64,000 nucleotides of DNA from Rhabdothermincola salaria (GCF_021246445.1 NZ_JAJQXW010000003.1:310001-374000); one strand, 5' to 3'. Numbered from the stretch's first letter, positions 10,785-20,615 are shown. Numbers and translations: made by a program. Notes: generated by a model not told the origin, from the letters alone.

Positions 10785-12862
10785 CGGCTTCCGTCCGCGG
10801 ACTCGGCGGGATGTACCCGCGCCGGGCCCGCCGCCCCGACCGGCTCGGCCCGAGGGGTCGCCTCGGACGGCGCCTCGTCGATCGGTTCGGCGTCGTCGTG
10901 TCCCCCACCGGAGCCCTGCCGCGCTCCGCCGATGGGGGCCGACACGGGATCGATGGGGTTGCGGCGCCGACCGGGGAACACCGCCAGCAGGGTGCCGAGC
11001 GCCATGACACCCCCGCCGATCCACAGCCACACGACCAGGGGCTGGATGGTGACCCGGATGGTGACCGTGTCGTTCTCGGCGTCGGGGAGGCCCAGCAGGG
11101 TGAGGGCCACGTCGTGGGTGAGGGTGGTGCGCACCGAGGGGGTCCCGATGGTCTGCCCACCGAAGCTGAACTGGTTGATGGCCGGCGCCCAGGGGCCGGT
11201 GCCGTCGACGAGGATCTGCGCCGCCACCACGGTCTTCTCCGGCAGCTCGTCGATGGTCTGCTCGACGTAGGTGAGCTCGTGGCCGGCGAAGGAGGCGGTC
11301 TCGCCCGGGGCCAGCGTGAACTCGGCCTGGCGGACGTAGCTGCCACTGGCAGCCACGGCGACGGCGACCATGATCACGCCGAGGTGGACCACCATGCCGC
11401 CGTTGGCCCGTCCGACGAAGCCCCGCCACCCCTGGCGGCGGCCGGCGAGGACGAGCTGGCGTACGGCCGAACCGGCCGCGAACCCGCCGAGGCCGAAGGC
11501 CAGCAGCGGCGCCAGGCCCCGGGCCCCGGCGACGACGGCGACGGCGAGGGCGGCGGCGCCGGCCCAGGCCGGCCAGATGAGTCGGTGGCGCAACAGCTCA
11601 CCGCTGGCCTTGCGCCACGGCAGCACCGGAGCCACGGCCATGAGGAACAACAAGGTGAGCCCGATGGGGGTGGTCATGCGGTTGAAGTAGGGCACGCCCA
11701 CGGAGATGCGGTCGTCGTTGAACGCCTCGATCAGCAGCGGGAACACGGTGCCCAACAGCACCACGAAGGCGAACGCGGCGAACAGCACGTTGTTGGCGAG
11801 GAAGGCGCCCTCCCGCGACAGCGGCGAGTCGATGCGCCCCGGCGCCCGGAGGCGATCGCCGCGCCAGCCGATGAGGCCCACGCTCACGATCACGATGAGG
11901 GCGAAGAACGCCAGGATCGCGGGGCCGATGGCGGACTCGGTGAAGGCGTGGACGCTGTCGAGCACACCCGACCGGGTGATGAAGGTCCCCAGGATGGTCA
12001 GTGCGAAGGTGGCACACAGCAACGACAGGTTCCAGACCCGCAGCATCCCCCGGCGCTCCTGCACCATGACCGAGTGCAGGTAGGCGGTGCCGGTGAGCCA
12101 GGGCAGCAGGGACGCGTTCTCGACCGGGTCCCACGCCCAGTAGCCACCCCAGCCCAGCACCTCGTAGCTCCACCAGGCGCCGAGAACGATGCCGAGGGTG
12201 AGGAAGCCCCAGGCGATGAGGGTCCAGCGGCGGGTGGCCAACAGCCACCCCTCCCCCACCCGACCGGTGGCGAGGGCGGCGACGGCGAAGGCGAAGGGCA
12301 CGGTGAACCCGACGTAGCCCAGGTAGAGCATCGGCGGGTGGAACGCCATGAGCGGGTGGTTCTGCAGCAACGGGTTGGGACCGGGACCGTCGAAGCCCGG
12401 AGGGGGGTCGAACGCCAGGAACGGGTTGGCCGGGCCCCGCATGAGCAGGAAGAAGAAGGCGCAGACCACGAACATGGTGACCAGCGCCCAACCCACCAGT
12501 GGGTCGTCGAGGCGCTTGCGGAACTTGACGACCACCGCCGTGAGGTAGCCGCCGAGGATGGTGGCCCACAAGATGATGGACCCCTCGAGCGCGCCCCAGA
12601 GGGTGGCGAAGTTGTACAGCGCCGGGGTGCGCGACGAGCCGTTGTCGGCCACGAACTTCACGGTGAAGTCGCGGGTGATGAGGGCCCGTTCCATGGCGAC
12701 GGTCGCCAGGAGGCCTCCGAGGAACACGAGCACCCCGTAGACGAGCGCCTGACGCCGCAGAGCAGGCTTGTCGCGCACCAGGCCGTAGGCGACGGTGAGG
12801 CCGCCGACGATGGACGCCGCCAACCCGAGCGCTACGCCGGCCGTGCCGAGGGCCAGGTTCAT
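10781..12862 (-). CDS. ccmF: Heme lyase CcmF
   Basis: WGGYWAWDPVENAS, HPPMLYLGY, SVHAF motifs. Confidence 0.95.
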   Translation of the reverse strand: MNLALGTAGVALGLAASIVGGLTVAYGLVRDKPALRRQALVYGVLVFLGGLLATVAMERALITRDFTVKFVADNGSSRTPALYNFATLWGALEGSIILWATILGGYLTAVVVKFRKRLDDPLVGWALVTMFVVCAFFFLLMRGPANPFLAFDPPPGFDGPGPNPLLQNHPLMAFHPPMLYLGYVGFTVPFAFAVAALATGRVGEGWLLATRRWTLIAWGFLTLGIVLGAWWSYEVLGWGGYWAWDPVENASLLPWLTGTAYLHSVMVQERRGMLRVWNLSLLCATFALTILGTFITRSGVLDSVHAFTESAIGPAILAFFALIVIVSVGLIGWRGDRLRAPGRIDSPLSREGAFLANNVLFAAFAFVVLLGTVFPLLIEAFNDDRISVGVPYFNRMTTPIGLTLLFLMAVAPVLPWRKASGELLRHRLIWPAWAGAAALAVAVVAGARGLAPLLAFGLGGFAAGSAVRQLVLAGRRQGWRGFVGRANGGMVVHLGVIMVAVAVAASGSYVRQAEFTLAPGETASFAGHELTYVEQTIDELPEKTVVAAQILVDGTGPWAPAINQFSFGGQTIGTPSVRTTLTHDVALTLLGLPDAENDTVTIRVTIQPLVVWLWIGGGVMALGTLLAVFPGRRRNPIDPVSAPIGGARQGSGGGHDDAEPIDEAPSEATPRAEPVGAAGPARVHPAESADGSR

Positions 12863-13476
12863 GAGGTGCCTGCCTGCCCCGTCTCCCCCTCGGCCACGGT
12901 CGGCTCGCCGGACCCGGAGGACACGTCGCCGCCCTCCTCGGCGTCCTCGAGACGGTCGCCCTCTTTGGCCTTGTAGTTCTCGTCGTGCTTGACGAGCATC
13001 CGATCGGAGAGGAACAACGGCGCGCCGTCGGCGTTGGCCGGCCCGGACAGCTCGCCGTCGGGACCCTCGGCGAAGCGGCCCTCGAGGACCACCGGGATGT
13101 CGGGCTGGAACAGCTCGGGCGGGTCGCCGAAGTGCTGCACGGGCACCTCGACGCCGTTGAAGGTGACGTCGAAGCTGACTCCGTCGTCGGTGCGCACCAC
13201 CGACGGGCCGATGACCGTGCCCTGCAGGCGGAACCGGTCGGTGCCCAGCTCCTCCTGGCGCTCGACCGCCTCGTCGGCGTTGTAGAAGAACAGCGTGGCG
13301 TTGCCGAGGGCGTTGACGAGGACGAACGCGCCCACTGCGACGATGGCGACGATCACGGCGATGACGGGCAGCTTGGCCCGGGTGCTGCCCGGGCGACGGG
13401 GGGCCTCGGGGGCCAGGCCCGGTCCGGCGGTCTCGCCGGGGGCGGCGCTCGGGCCCGTGCGGGGGGTCAGCTCCAC
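12859..13476 (-). CDS. ccmE: Heme chaperone CcmE
   Basis: KHDENY (HxxxY) heme-binding motif, PELFQP, N-terminal TM helix. Confidence 0.9.
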   Translation of the reverse strand: MELTPRTGPSAAPGETAGPGLAPEAPRRPGSTRAKLPVIAVIVAIVAVGAFVLVNALGNATLFFYNADEAVERQEELGTDRFRLQGTVIGPSVVRTDDGVSFDVTFNGVEVPVQHFGDPPELFQPDIPVVLEGRFAEGPDGELSGPANADGAPLFLSDRMLVKHDENYKAKEGDRLEDAEEGGDVSSGSGEPTVAEGETGQAGTS

Positions 13477-13604
13477 CGACGGTCCTCCGGCGGCACCTGG
13501 CGGCTGAGGCGGCGGCCCTTGGCCACCGTGGTGACGGCGTAGACCGCCAACGTGGCGAGCACCGCCACCCAGGCCACGATCACATACCACCACATGGACG
13601 TCAC
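13467..13604 (-). CDS. ccmD: Small membrane protein, CcmD equivalent
   Basis: 45 aa: WWYVIVAWVAVLATLAVYAV then a basic tail; lies between ccmC and ccmE and overlaps both. Confidence 0.65.
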   Translation of the reverse strand: MTSMWWYVIVAWVAVLATLAVYAVTTVAKGRRLSRQVPPEDRRWS

Positions 13605-14455
13605 GGGGTCACCTCGTCGTTGGGTCGAGCGGGGCCGCCGGCGGGCTCGGGCGCCGATGGCGCGGACACCGTGCCGGTGGCTTCGGCACGCCGCTCGGCG
13701 ATGGCCGCCGACAAGCCCTGTCCGGCCACCTGCTCCTCGAGCCAGGCCACCCGGAAGCGGTGGATCAGCAGCCAGGCGAAGATCAGCCCGAAGGTGACGA
13801 ACCCGAAGAACAGGGCGAAGAGCATGAGCCCCTCGATGGTGGCGCCGGGACCGTCGGCGAAGAGGCTGGCCTCCTGGTGCAGCGTGCGCCACCAGTCCAC
13901 CGACTGGCGCACGATGATCACGTTGGGCACCAACAACAGCCCGACGATGGCGGCGCGCTTGGCCCGCACCGTGTAGTCGGCGGGCAGCCGCCGCACGGCG
14001 AGGTAGCCGAGCAGCAACAAGAACAGCATCGCCGAGGACGTGAGCCGGGCGTCCCAGACCCAGAACACGCCCCAGGTGGGACGACCCCACAGCGACCCGG
14101 TGACGAGGGTGAGGGCGGTGAACACCGCGGCGATCTCGGCCGAGGCGTAGGCCACCAGCTCCCACCACTGCGACTTCTTCCAGAGGTACATGACGCTGCC
14201 GATGGTGGTGAGGAAGCAGCCCACGTAGGCAAGGGTGGCCGAGGGGACGTGGATGTAGAGGATGCGCACCGACTCGTCCTGGACGAAGTCGGGCGGGGTC
14301 CACCACAGACCGAGCAGCGCGAGGAACACCGTGGCCACGATGGCGAGCAGGCCGATCACCCGGGTGACCCCCGACCCGGTGGAGGTCGGAGCCGGCACCG
14401 TCGGGTCCGTTGCGGGGGCCGCCGACCCGGGGGTGGCCTTCGACTCGATCGTCAC
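13601..14455 (-). CDS. ccmC: Heme exporter/loading protein CcmC
   Basis: YIHVPSA, WGRPTWGVFWVWDARLT (WWD domain), WWRTLHQ. Confidence 0.95.
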   Translation of the reverse strand: MTIESKATPGSAAPATDPTVPAPTSTGSGVTRVIGLLAIVATVFLALLGLWWTPPDFVQDESVRILYIHVPSATLAYVGCFLTTIGSVMYLWKKSQWWELVAYASAEIAAVFTALTLVTGSLWGRPTWGVFWVWDARLTSSAMLFLLLLGYLAVRRLPADYTVRAKRAAIVGLLLVPNVIIVRQSVDWWRTLHQEASLFADGPGATIEGLMLFALFFGFVTFGLIFAWLLIHRFRVAWLEEQVAGQGLSAAIAERRAEATGTVSAPSAPEPAGGPARPNDEVTP

Positions 14456-15120
14456 GATTCCTCCAGCAGGGGCCCGAAGCCGAGCACCCCAGCCACGATG
14501 TAGAGCACAGCGAACACGGCCATCAGCCCGACCCAGGGCCAACCGTCGGCCGGGGCTCCGGCCAGTGCGGCCTCGAACGCCCGGGTCGAACCGATCAGCA
14601 CCGGCGCGAGCACCGGCAACAGTAGGAGCGGCAGCAGGGTTTCACGAACTCGGAGCCCGGCTGCCAGGACGCCGTAGAGGGTACCGGCCGCCGCGATCCC
14701 CGCGGTCGCGACCCCCACCGTGGCCAGCAGCAGCGGCCACCCCGTGAACGTGGTCGTGTAGAGCACCGCCACGCCCACCCCGAGCAGCACCTCGAGCACC
14801 AGGAGCTGCACGGCGACGGCCATGGCCTTGCCCAGGTAGATGCCCGACGGGTCGAGCCCGGAGAGCCGCAGAGCATCGCGGTTGCCGTCCGCGGCCTCCA
14901 CGGTGAAGGCCCGCTGGAGGGCCAACAGCCCGCTGAACAGCACGGCGACCCAGTAGAGACCCGGCGTCGCCCGCTCGAGCAGGCCGCGATCGGGATCGAG
15001 GGCGAAGGCGAACAGGACGAGCACCAGCAGGGCGAAGGGCACCACCTGGTTGAGCGCCACGCGCGACCGCAGCTCGAGGCGCAGGTCCTTGCCGGCCACC
15101 AGCCAGGCGTCATGCCACAT
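14452..15120 (-). CDS. ccmB: Heme exporter permease CcmB
   Basis: KDLRLELRSR, LLPLLLLPVLAPVLI; six TM helices; operon position. Confidence 0.9.
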   Translation of the reverse strand: MWHDAWLVAGKDLRLELRSRVALNQVVPFALLVLVLFAFALDPDRGLLERATPGLYWVAVLFSGLLALQRAFTVEAADGNRDALRLSGLDPSGIYLGKAMAVAVQLLVLEVLLGVGVAVLYTTTFTGWPLLLATVGVATAGIAAAGTLYGVLAAGLRVRETLLPLLLLPVLAPVLIGSTRAFEAALAGAPADGWPWVGLMAVFAVLYIVAGVLGFGPLLEES

Positions 15121-15889
15121 CGCTGCGACCGTCCTGGTGGGCGTCGTCCGGCGTGACCGATGACCGCGCCACCACGTCGCTCGGACGGCCCACCTCGGCG
15201 TAGGTGGCCCCGCCGGCGACGGTGACCACCCGGTCGGCCAGGGCCACGGCCCGATCGAGCTCGTGAGAGCTCATCACGACGGTGGCACCGGCGTCGGCCG
15301 CGTCGCGGACGAGCTGGTCGACGAGGTCGCGCCCCTCCTGGTCGAGCCCGGCATGGGGCTCGTCGAGCAGCCAGAGCTCGGGACGGCGGGCGATGAGCAC
15401 GGCGAGCGAGGTGCGCCGCCGCTGACCGGCCGACAAGCGTCCGACGGCGACGTGGCGCAAGCGGCCGTCGAGCCCCAGACGAGCCATGGCCGCGTCGGCG
15501 TCCTCGGTGCGGGCCCGGGCGGCGCGCGCCCAGAAGCGAACGTTGTCGGCCACCGTGAGCTCGTCGTACAACCCGGTGGCATGGCCCAGCAGGCCGACCC
15601 GGGGACGCACGGCCTTGCGGTCGGCCACCAGGTCCACCCCCAGCACCGTGGCCGTGCCCTCGGTCACGGGCACCAGCCCGGCCAGCGTCCTCAGCAGGGT
15701 CGTCTTGCCCGCCCCGTTGGGGCCGCGCAGCAGCACGATCTCGCGTCGGCGCACATCGAGGTCGGCGCCGGCGAGGGCCGGGAAGGCGCCCAGGAGCGCG
15801 ACCGCTCCCCGGAGGTGGACCACGGGTTCCGACGGCGACTCGGCACCGGGCGGCGGCCCCGGCTCGGCGCGGTGGGGGGTGGGCTCCAT
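15110..15889 (-). CDS. ccmA: Heme exporter ATP-binding protein CcmA
   Basis: GPNGAGKT, LSAGQRRR, WLLDEP; first gene of the operon. Confidence 0.88.
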   Translation of the reverse strand: MEPTPHRAEPGPPPGAESPSEPVVHLRGAVALLGAFPALAGADLDVRRREIVLLRGPNGAGKTTLLRTLAGLVPVTEGTATVLGVDLVADRKAVRPRVGLLGHATGLYDELTVADNVRFWARAARARTEDADAAMARLGLDGRLRHVAVGRLSAGQRRRTSLAVLIARRPELWLLDEPHAGLDQEGRDLVDQLVRDAADAGATVVMSSHELDRAVALADRVVTVAGGATYAEVGRPSDVVARSSVTPDDAHQDGRSDVA

Positions 15890-15923
15890 GGGCGAAGCGC
15901 AGGGTACCTCGCCGCGACACTCA

Positions 15924-16496
15924 GCTCCGGTCGGCAAGCCTCCCTCCGCCGCCTTCGGCGAAACGCGTGACCTGACTGAGCCTCCGTCGCTGCGCTCCTC
16001 CGGCTGTCACCAGCACCCGCGCACCGTCTGGTGGGCGACGGGAGCGCCAGCGACCCGCCCACACCGCGTCCCGACGAGCTCGCGAGGAGGGCGCCATGGC
16101 ATCTGCTCCGGTCGGCAAGCCTCCCTCCGCCGGCTTCACCGAAACGCGTACGCGTGCTGAGGCTCCGTCGCTGGCGCTCCTCCGCCTGTTGCGAGTTGGC
16201 TGACGGCCTGCGCCAGCAACTCGGGGCCGAGTGGGTTCCGGGGGGTGGCCCGTACCACCGGTTCTGACGCGCGCACGGGAGCGAGTGCGGCTCGGCGACC
16301 GCCGCCGGTGACCGACGAAGGGTTCGTCGACCCACGCCCGAGCTCGACGAAGCCGCCGCTCTGAGCGACCGAGCACGTCAGGTTCTGGTGCGGGACAGGA
16401 CCCGCCGGGACCCCGAGGACCCGACAGGTGGGCGACGGGAGCGCCAGCGACCCGCCCACACCGCGTCCCGACGAGCTCGCGAGGAGGGCGCCATGG
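15924..16496. repeat. Two tandem composite palindromic elements sharing left and right end blocks
   Basis: Identical 28 bp (15924-15951 / 16105-16132) and identical 70 bp (16030-16099 / 16427-16496). Confidence 0.9.
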
Positions 16497-16518
16497 TCAC
16501 AGTCGGTAGGGTCGCTGC

Positions 16519-17514
16519 GTGCAGGTGTGGCGCGTCGTGGGCGCGATAGGGCGAGCGATGATGCGCGGCGGCGTGCTGGTGCTGCTGTTCGTGGTGTTCC
16601 AGCTGTGGGGCACCGCCATCATCACCGACCGGGCCCAGGACCGCCTCGGCGGCGACTTCGACGAGCTGCTGGCCGAGACGTCGGCCACGACCACCCCGCC
16701 CTCCACCACCCCGCCGACGACGACCGACACCCCGACGACGACCACCGGTCCGGCCACCCTGCCCGCCGACCTCCCCGTCCCGGCCCCGGGCGACCCCATC
16801 GGGCGGATCGTGATCCCCGACATCGGGGTCGACTTCGTCTACGTGCAGGGCGTCGACCTGCGCTACCTCCGCGACGGCCCGGGCCACTTCCCCCAGACCC
16901 CCATGCCGGGCCAACCCGGCAACGCCGCCCTGGCCGGCCACCGCACCACCTACGCGGCGCCGTTCCACCGCCTCGACGAGCTGGCCCCGGGGGCCCGCAT
17001 CGAGATCCAGACCCTGCAGGGCTCGTTCACCTACGAGGTCGACGCCCACGAGGCCGACGGTGGCGGCGAGGTCGGGCATTTCATCGTGCCGCCCTCCGCG
17101 GTGTGGATCCTCGACCAGGAGGAGGGCCTCAACCGGCTCACCCTCATGGCCTGCCACCCCAAGTACAGCGCCGCCCAACGCATCGTCGTCACCGCCTCGC
17201 TCGTCGGCGACACCGCGCCGCCGACCCCCCTGCCCGAACCCGAGGAGCTCGAAGCGGCCGGGGTGACCGTCGACGCCACCACCGACCCGCTCGCCGGCGG
17301 AGACTCCTCGGCCTGGCCGGCGGCCATCGCCTGGTCGATCGCGGCCATCGGCGTCTGGTTCGCCACCTGGCTGGTCAGCAAGTGGTTGCGCCGCCGTCAG
17401 GGCGGTGCCTGGACCTGGCAGCTGCCCCCCTACGTCGTCGGCGTGCCGGTGTTCGCCGTGGTCTGCTTCATGGCCTTCCAGGACGTCGCCCGCCTCCTCC
17501 CGGCCGCCTACTGA
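16519..17514 (+). CDS. Sortase, class E-like, with extra C-terminal TM helices
   Basis: GPGHFPQTPMPGQPGNAALAGHRTTY, TLMACHP, RIVV (His-Cys-Arg triad). Confidence 0.9.
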   Translation: MQVWRVVGAIGRAMMRGGVLVLLFVVFQLWGTAIITDRAQDRLGGDFDELLAETSATTTPPSTTPPTTTDTPTTTTGPATLPADLPVPAPGDPIGRIVIPDIGVDFVYVQGVDLRYLRDGPGHFPQTPMPGQPGNAALAGHRTTYAAPFHRLDELAPGARIEIQTLQGSFTYEVDAHEADGGGEVGHFIVPPSAVWILDQEEGLNRLTLMACHPKYSAAQRIVVTASLVGDTAPPTPLPEPEELEAAGVTVDATTDPLAGGDSSAWPAAIAWSIAAIGVWFATWLVSKWLRRRQGGAWTWQLPPYVVGVPVFAVVCFMAFQDVARLLPAAY

Positions 17515-17539
17515 GACCCCGGATCCGCGGAGCCCTGCC

Positions 17540-18196
17540 GTGCCCCATCGACCCCTCACCCCATCGCACCGATCGCGCTGCTCGCCGATCGGGCGCGCCG
17601 AGCGTCGGCACCGTCCAGCCCGTCCAGCCAATCGGGCCCTGATGGCGGTGGCGCTGGTCACCACCATCGTGCTGGGGGCCTGCACCAGCGGTTCGGGCTC
17701 GGTGGCCACCACCACCACGGCTCCCATCACCACGACGGTGCCCGCGACCACCACCACCACCGAGGTGCCCATGGAGGTGGGGCGCCAGCTGTTCGTCTAC
17801 ACCCCCGAGGCGGGCCACTGCCTCGACCTGCGCTCGGTGGAGACCGGCGCCCGCAACCGGATCGACGCCAACGCCACCCGGCGCAACGACGACCAGGTCG
17901 TGTTGCTCCTCGACTGCACCCAGCCGCACCAGTACGAGGTGGCGGGGGTGGCCGAGGTGCCCTTCCCGCCGGCCGAGTGGCCGGGGCAGGCCGCGCTCGA
18001 GGACCAGGCCAAGCGGCTCTGCCCGCCGGTGTTCGACCAGTGGGTCGGCACCGCCTACGAGCGGTCCGAGCTCGACATCGGTTGGATCCTCCCCACCGTC
18101 GAGGAGTGGGGCCCGGGCCGCCAGAGCGTGGCCTGCCTGGTGTACGACTCCGCCGCGGGCCTGCTGACCGGCACCACCCAGGGCGCCGCTCGCTGA
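17540..18196 (+). CDS. Lipoprotein with a septum-formation-family Cys-containing domain
   Basis: VLGAC lipobox, Thr-rich linker, DCTQPHQYEV and PTVEEW...VAC; start uncertain (17540 or 17642). Confidence 0.7.
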   Translation: MPHRPLTPSHRSRCSPIGRAERRHRPARPANRALMAVALVTTIVLGACTSGSGSVATTTTAPITTTVPATTTTTEVPMEVGRQLFVYTPEAGHCLDLRSVETGARNRIDANATRRNDDQVVLLLDCTQPHQYEVAGVAEVPFPPAEWPGQAALEDQAKRLCPPVFDQWVGTAYERSELDIGWILPTVEEWGPGRQSVACLVYDSAAGLLTGTTQGAAR

Positions 18197-18233
18197 GCGG
18201 GTCTCGCCGGACCCCGACGCCCGGCGCGACGGG

Positions 18234-18962
18234 TCAGCGGCCCTCGAAGGTGGGCGTCCGCTTGTCGCCGAAGGCGGCCAGGCCCTCGGCGAAGTCGGCG
18301 CTGGTCCACGCCCGCTCGAACGCCTCTCGGTAGGCCGGTGTGGTGTGGTCGGCGTCGGCCGCCTCGTCGAGCCCGACCTTGAAGCCCTGCAACGTGAGCG
18401 GGGCCAGGCGAGCGATGCGCTCGGCCCAGGTGAGGGCGTCGTCCAGCGACCCGAGGCGGTGGACCAGGCCGACCGCCCAGGCCCGCTCGCCCGTCATCAC
18501 GTCGGCGCTCAACAACATCTCCCGGGCGACCGACTGGCCGACCAGGTCCACCAGTGTGCGGACCGTCCACTGATCGACCATCAGGCCCAGCTTGGCCGCC
18601 GGGACCCCGAAGCCGGCTGTGGCCGAGGCGACGCGCAGGTCGCAGGCGGCCGCCAGCTGGGTGCCGGCCCCGAGGGCGAAGCCCTCGACCGCAGCCATGG
18701 TGGGGAACGGCGCCCGACGCAACGACAGGAGCAGCTCGTGGAGCGACGCGACGAACCCCTCGTCCTCGACGTCGCTCAGGTCGGCGCCGGCGCAGAAGTG
18801 CCCGTCGGCGCCGGTGAGCACCATCACCCGGGTGCCGGCGTCGACGGCTTCGTCGACGGCAGCCCGCAGGGCGGTGAGCGCCTCGTGGTTGACGGCGTTG
18901 CGCCGCTCGGGGCGGTCGAGGGTGACGAGGGCGACGGCCCCTCGGTGCTCGGTTCGGATCAT
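18234..18962 (-). CDS. Enoyl-CoA hydratase/isomerase family protein
   Basis: LDRPERRNA, FCAGADL, GFALGAG, ACDLR. Confidence 0.92.
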   Translation of the reverse strand: MIRTEHRGAVALVTLDRPERRNAVNHEALTALRAAVDEAVDAGTRVMVLTGADGHFCAGADLSDVEDEGFVASLHELLLSLRRAPFPTMAAVEGFALGAGTQLAAACDLRVASATAGFGVPAAKLGLMVDQWTVRTLVDLVGQSVAREMLLSADVMTGERAWAVGLVHRLGSLDDALTWAERIARLAPLTLQGFKVGLDEAADADHTTPAYREAFERAWTSADFAEGLAAFGDKRTPTFEGR

Positions 18963-19061
18963 GCCCGCACCCTACCGACGGCTCGGCGACGCGCCGGGGG
19001 CCCGGCGACTGGCCGCGAGGGTCCACCACCGGGCCCACTCGCAGCCGTACCGTCGTCGGCC

Positions 19062-19370
19062 ATGTCCATCACCGTCGTTCTCGCTGCGCTCTCCGTCGTG
19101 GTGGCGGTCGGCGCCGTCGCCTGGTGGGTGGCCAACGCCCGACGGGACCACGACGCTCGTTCGGCCCGGCTCCCGGCCGGCGCCGACGCGGCCCTCTGGT
19201 CGATCGTCGAAGCGGTGCCCGACCCCCGCAACCACCTGGCGCTCACCCGCGACCTCACCGGCGAGGTGCGCATCACCGGCACACCGTTGCAGCCCTTCCG
19301 CCCCGAGGACGCGCCCGCCGTCGCCGCGCTCGAGCCGTTCCGGACCGACGACTACCGCAAGGCGTCCTGA
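19062..19370 (+). CDS. Small membrane-anchored hypothetical protein
   Basis: N-terminal TM helix; ATG 8 nt after TACCGT; fills the gap between genes. Confidence 0.6.
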   Translation: MSITVVLAALSVVVAVGAVAWWVANARRDHDARSARLPAGADAALWSIVEAVPDPRNHLALTRDLTGEVRITGTPLQPFRPEDAPAVAALEPFRTDDYRKAS

Positions 19371-19430
19371 GCCGATCAGCGGCCGGGCCGCCGGGTCGGT
19401 GCGCTGGTGGCCGACACCTGCTGCCCGACC

Positions 19431-20615
19431 TCAGGACGGCGCCGCCAGCACGGCGAGGGTGGCCCACGACTGGGGCACCGCGCCCAGGCCGGTGCCGTCG
19501 TCGGCGTCCCAGTACTCGGCCAGACCCGATCGGGTCGCACCCGCCACGAGCATCGACGCCAGCGCGGTGGCGTCGGCCTCTCGCCCGTGTCGTCGTGCCG
19601 CCGCCCAGCACAGGTAGGTGAGCTGGGGCCAGGCCGGCCCCCGCCAGTAGGTGCGCGGCCGGTAGCTGGGCTCGTCGCGGTGCACCTGGGTCGGGCCGCA
19701 CGGCCCCCCGTGGGCGCCGGGGTCGAGCATCTGGGCGAACGCCGCGTCGCGAGCGTCGGCTCGTCGGCTGACCAGCACGCAGAGCAGCGCTTCCAGGGTG
19801 CGCACCCGGCCGCTGCTCGTCGCCGACTCGCCGGCGTCGACCCAGGTGCCGAGGGCGGGCTCCCAGCGCCGGTCGAGGGCGTCCGCCAGCGCCTCGGCCT
19901 GGGCTCCCAGCTGGTCGTCCCCCGTGACCTCGGCCAGCTCGAGGGCGTTGAACGCGATCAGGGCGTTGAAGCCAGCCGGCGCCACATCGAAGCCCGGGTT
20001 GGACAGCGGCGAGCCGTCGGGGGCCGACTCGACGGAGGCGACCAGCTCCCCCTTGACGTCGTACCAGCGGCGGGGGTCCCACCCGCCGGGGCACCAGTGG
20101 TCCCACCGTGGCGAGTCGTCGCCACCGCTCTCCCAGGGGTGGCACATGGCCACCAGGCCGTCGATCCGCCGGCGGTGGTCGAGGAGGAAGCCCAGGCCCC
20201 GGCGGGCCGGGGCCACGAGCGCACCGACATCGACACCGCCGCGCCACAACTCGGCCACGGCATGACCGAACATCGGCGGCTGGGTGATCGACGAGTGGCC
20301 CTCTCGCCCCCAGAACGAGGCGTGGTGGCCGGGCTCCCACTCGTAGTCGACGTGGGGCACGAACCCCAGGGGCGACTGGGTGCGGAACAGATGGGCCAGC
20401 TCCGAGACGGCGCGACCGGGCTCGCCCAGCGCGTTCCACACCAGGGCGTGGAAGCACGAGTCCCAGAGCCACTGGAAGGGGTAGACCCGGCCGTTGGGCA
20501 CCGTGTAGCCGTCGCGCCAGTGCTGCTCGAGCACCCGGCGGGCCGCAGCCGCGAGGTCGGTGCCGGGTAGCGTGCCCTCGCCCCCGCTGCCGTCGTGGCC
20601 GGCGGGCACCGTCAT
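19431..20615 (-). CDS. GH63/MGH1-like (alpha/alpha)6 glycoside hydrolase
   Basis: YPFQWLWDSCFH, TQPP, HPWESGGDDSPRWD, YWRGPAW, AEYWD, SWA. Confidence 0.85.
   Translation of the reverse strand: MTVPAGHDGSGGEGTLPGTDLAAAARRVLEQHWRDGYTVPNGRVYPFQWLWDSCFHALVWNALGEPGRAVSELAHLFRTQSPLGFVPHVDYEWEPGHHASFWGREGHSSITQPPMFGHAVAELWRGGVDVGALVAPARRGLGFLLDHRRRIDGLVAMCHPWESGGDDSPRWDHWCPGGWDPRRWYDVKGELVASVESAPDGSPLSNPGFDVAPAGFNALIAFNALELAEVTGDDQLGAQAEALADALDRRWEPALGTWVDAGESATSSGRVRTLEALLCVLVSRRADARDAAFAQMLDPGAHGGPCGPTQVHRDEPSYRPRTYWRGPAWPQLTYLCWAAARRHGREADATALASMLVAGATRSGLAEYWDADDGTGLGAVPQSWATLAVLAAPS

Noticed and set aside
15924..16496. Possible CRISPR array or hammerhead ribozyme (GAAAC...CTGACTGA)
   Set aside because: Only two units of unequal length and no cas genes; the core does not match CUGANGA/GAAA/NUH and is not kept in the second copy.
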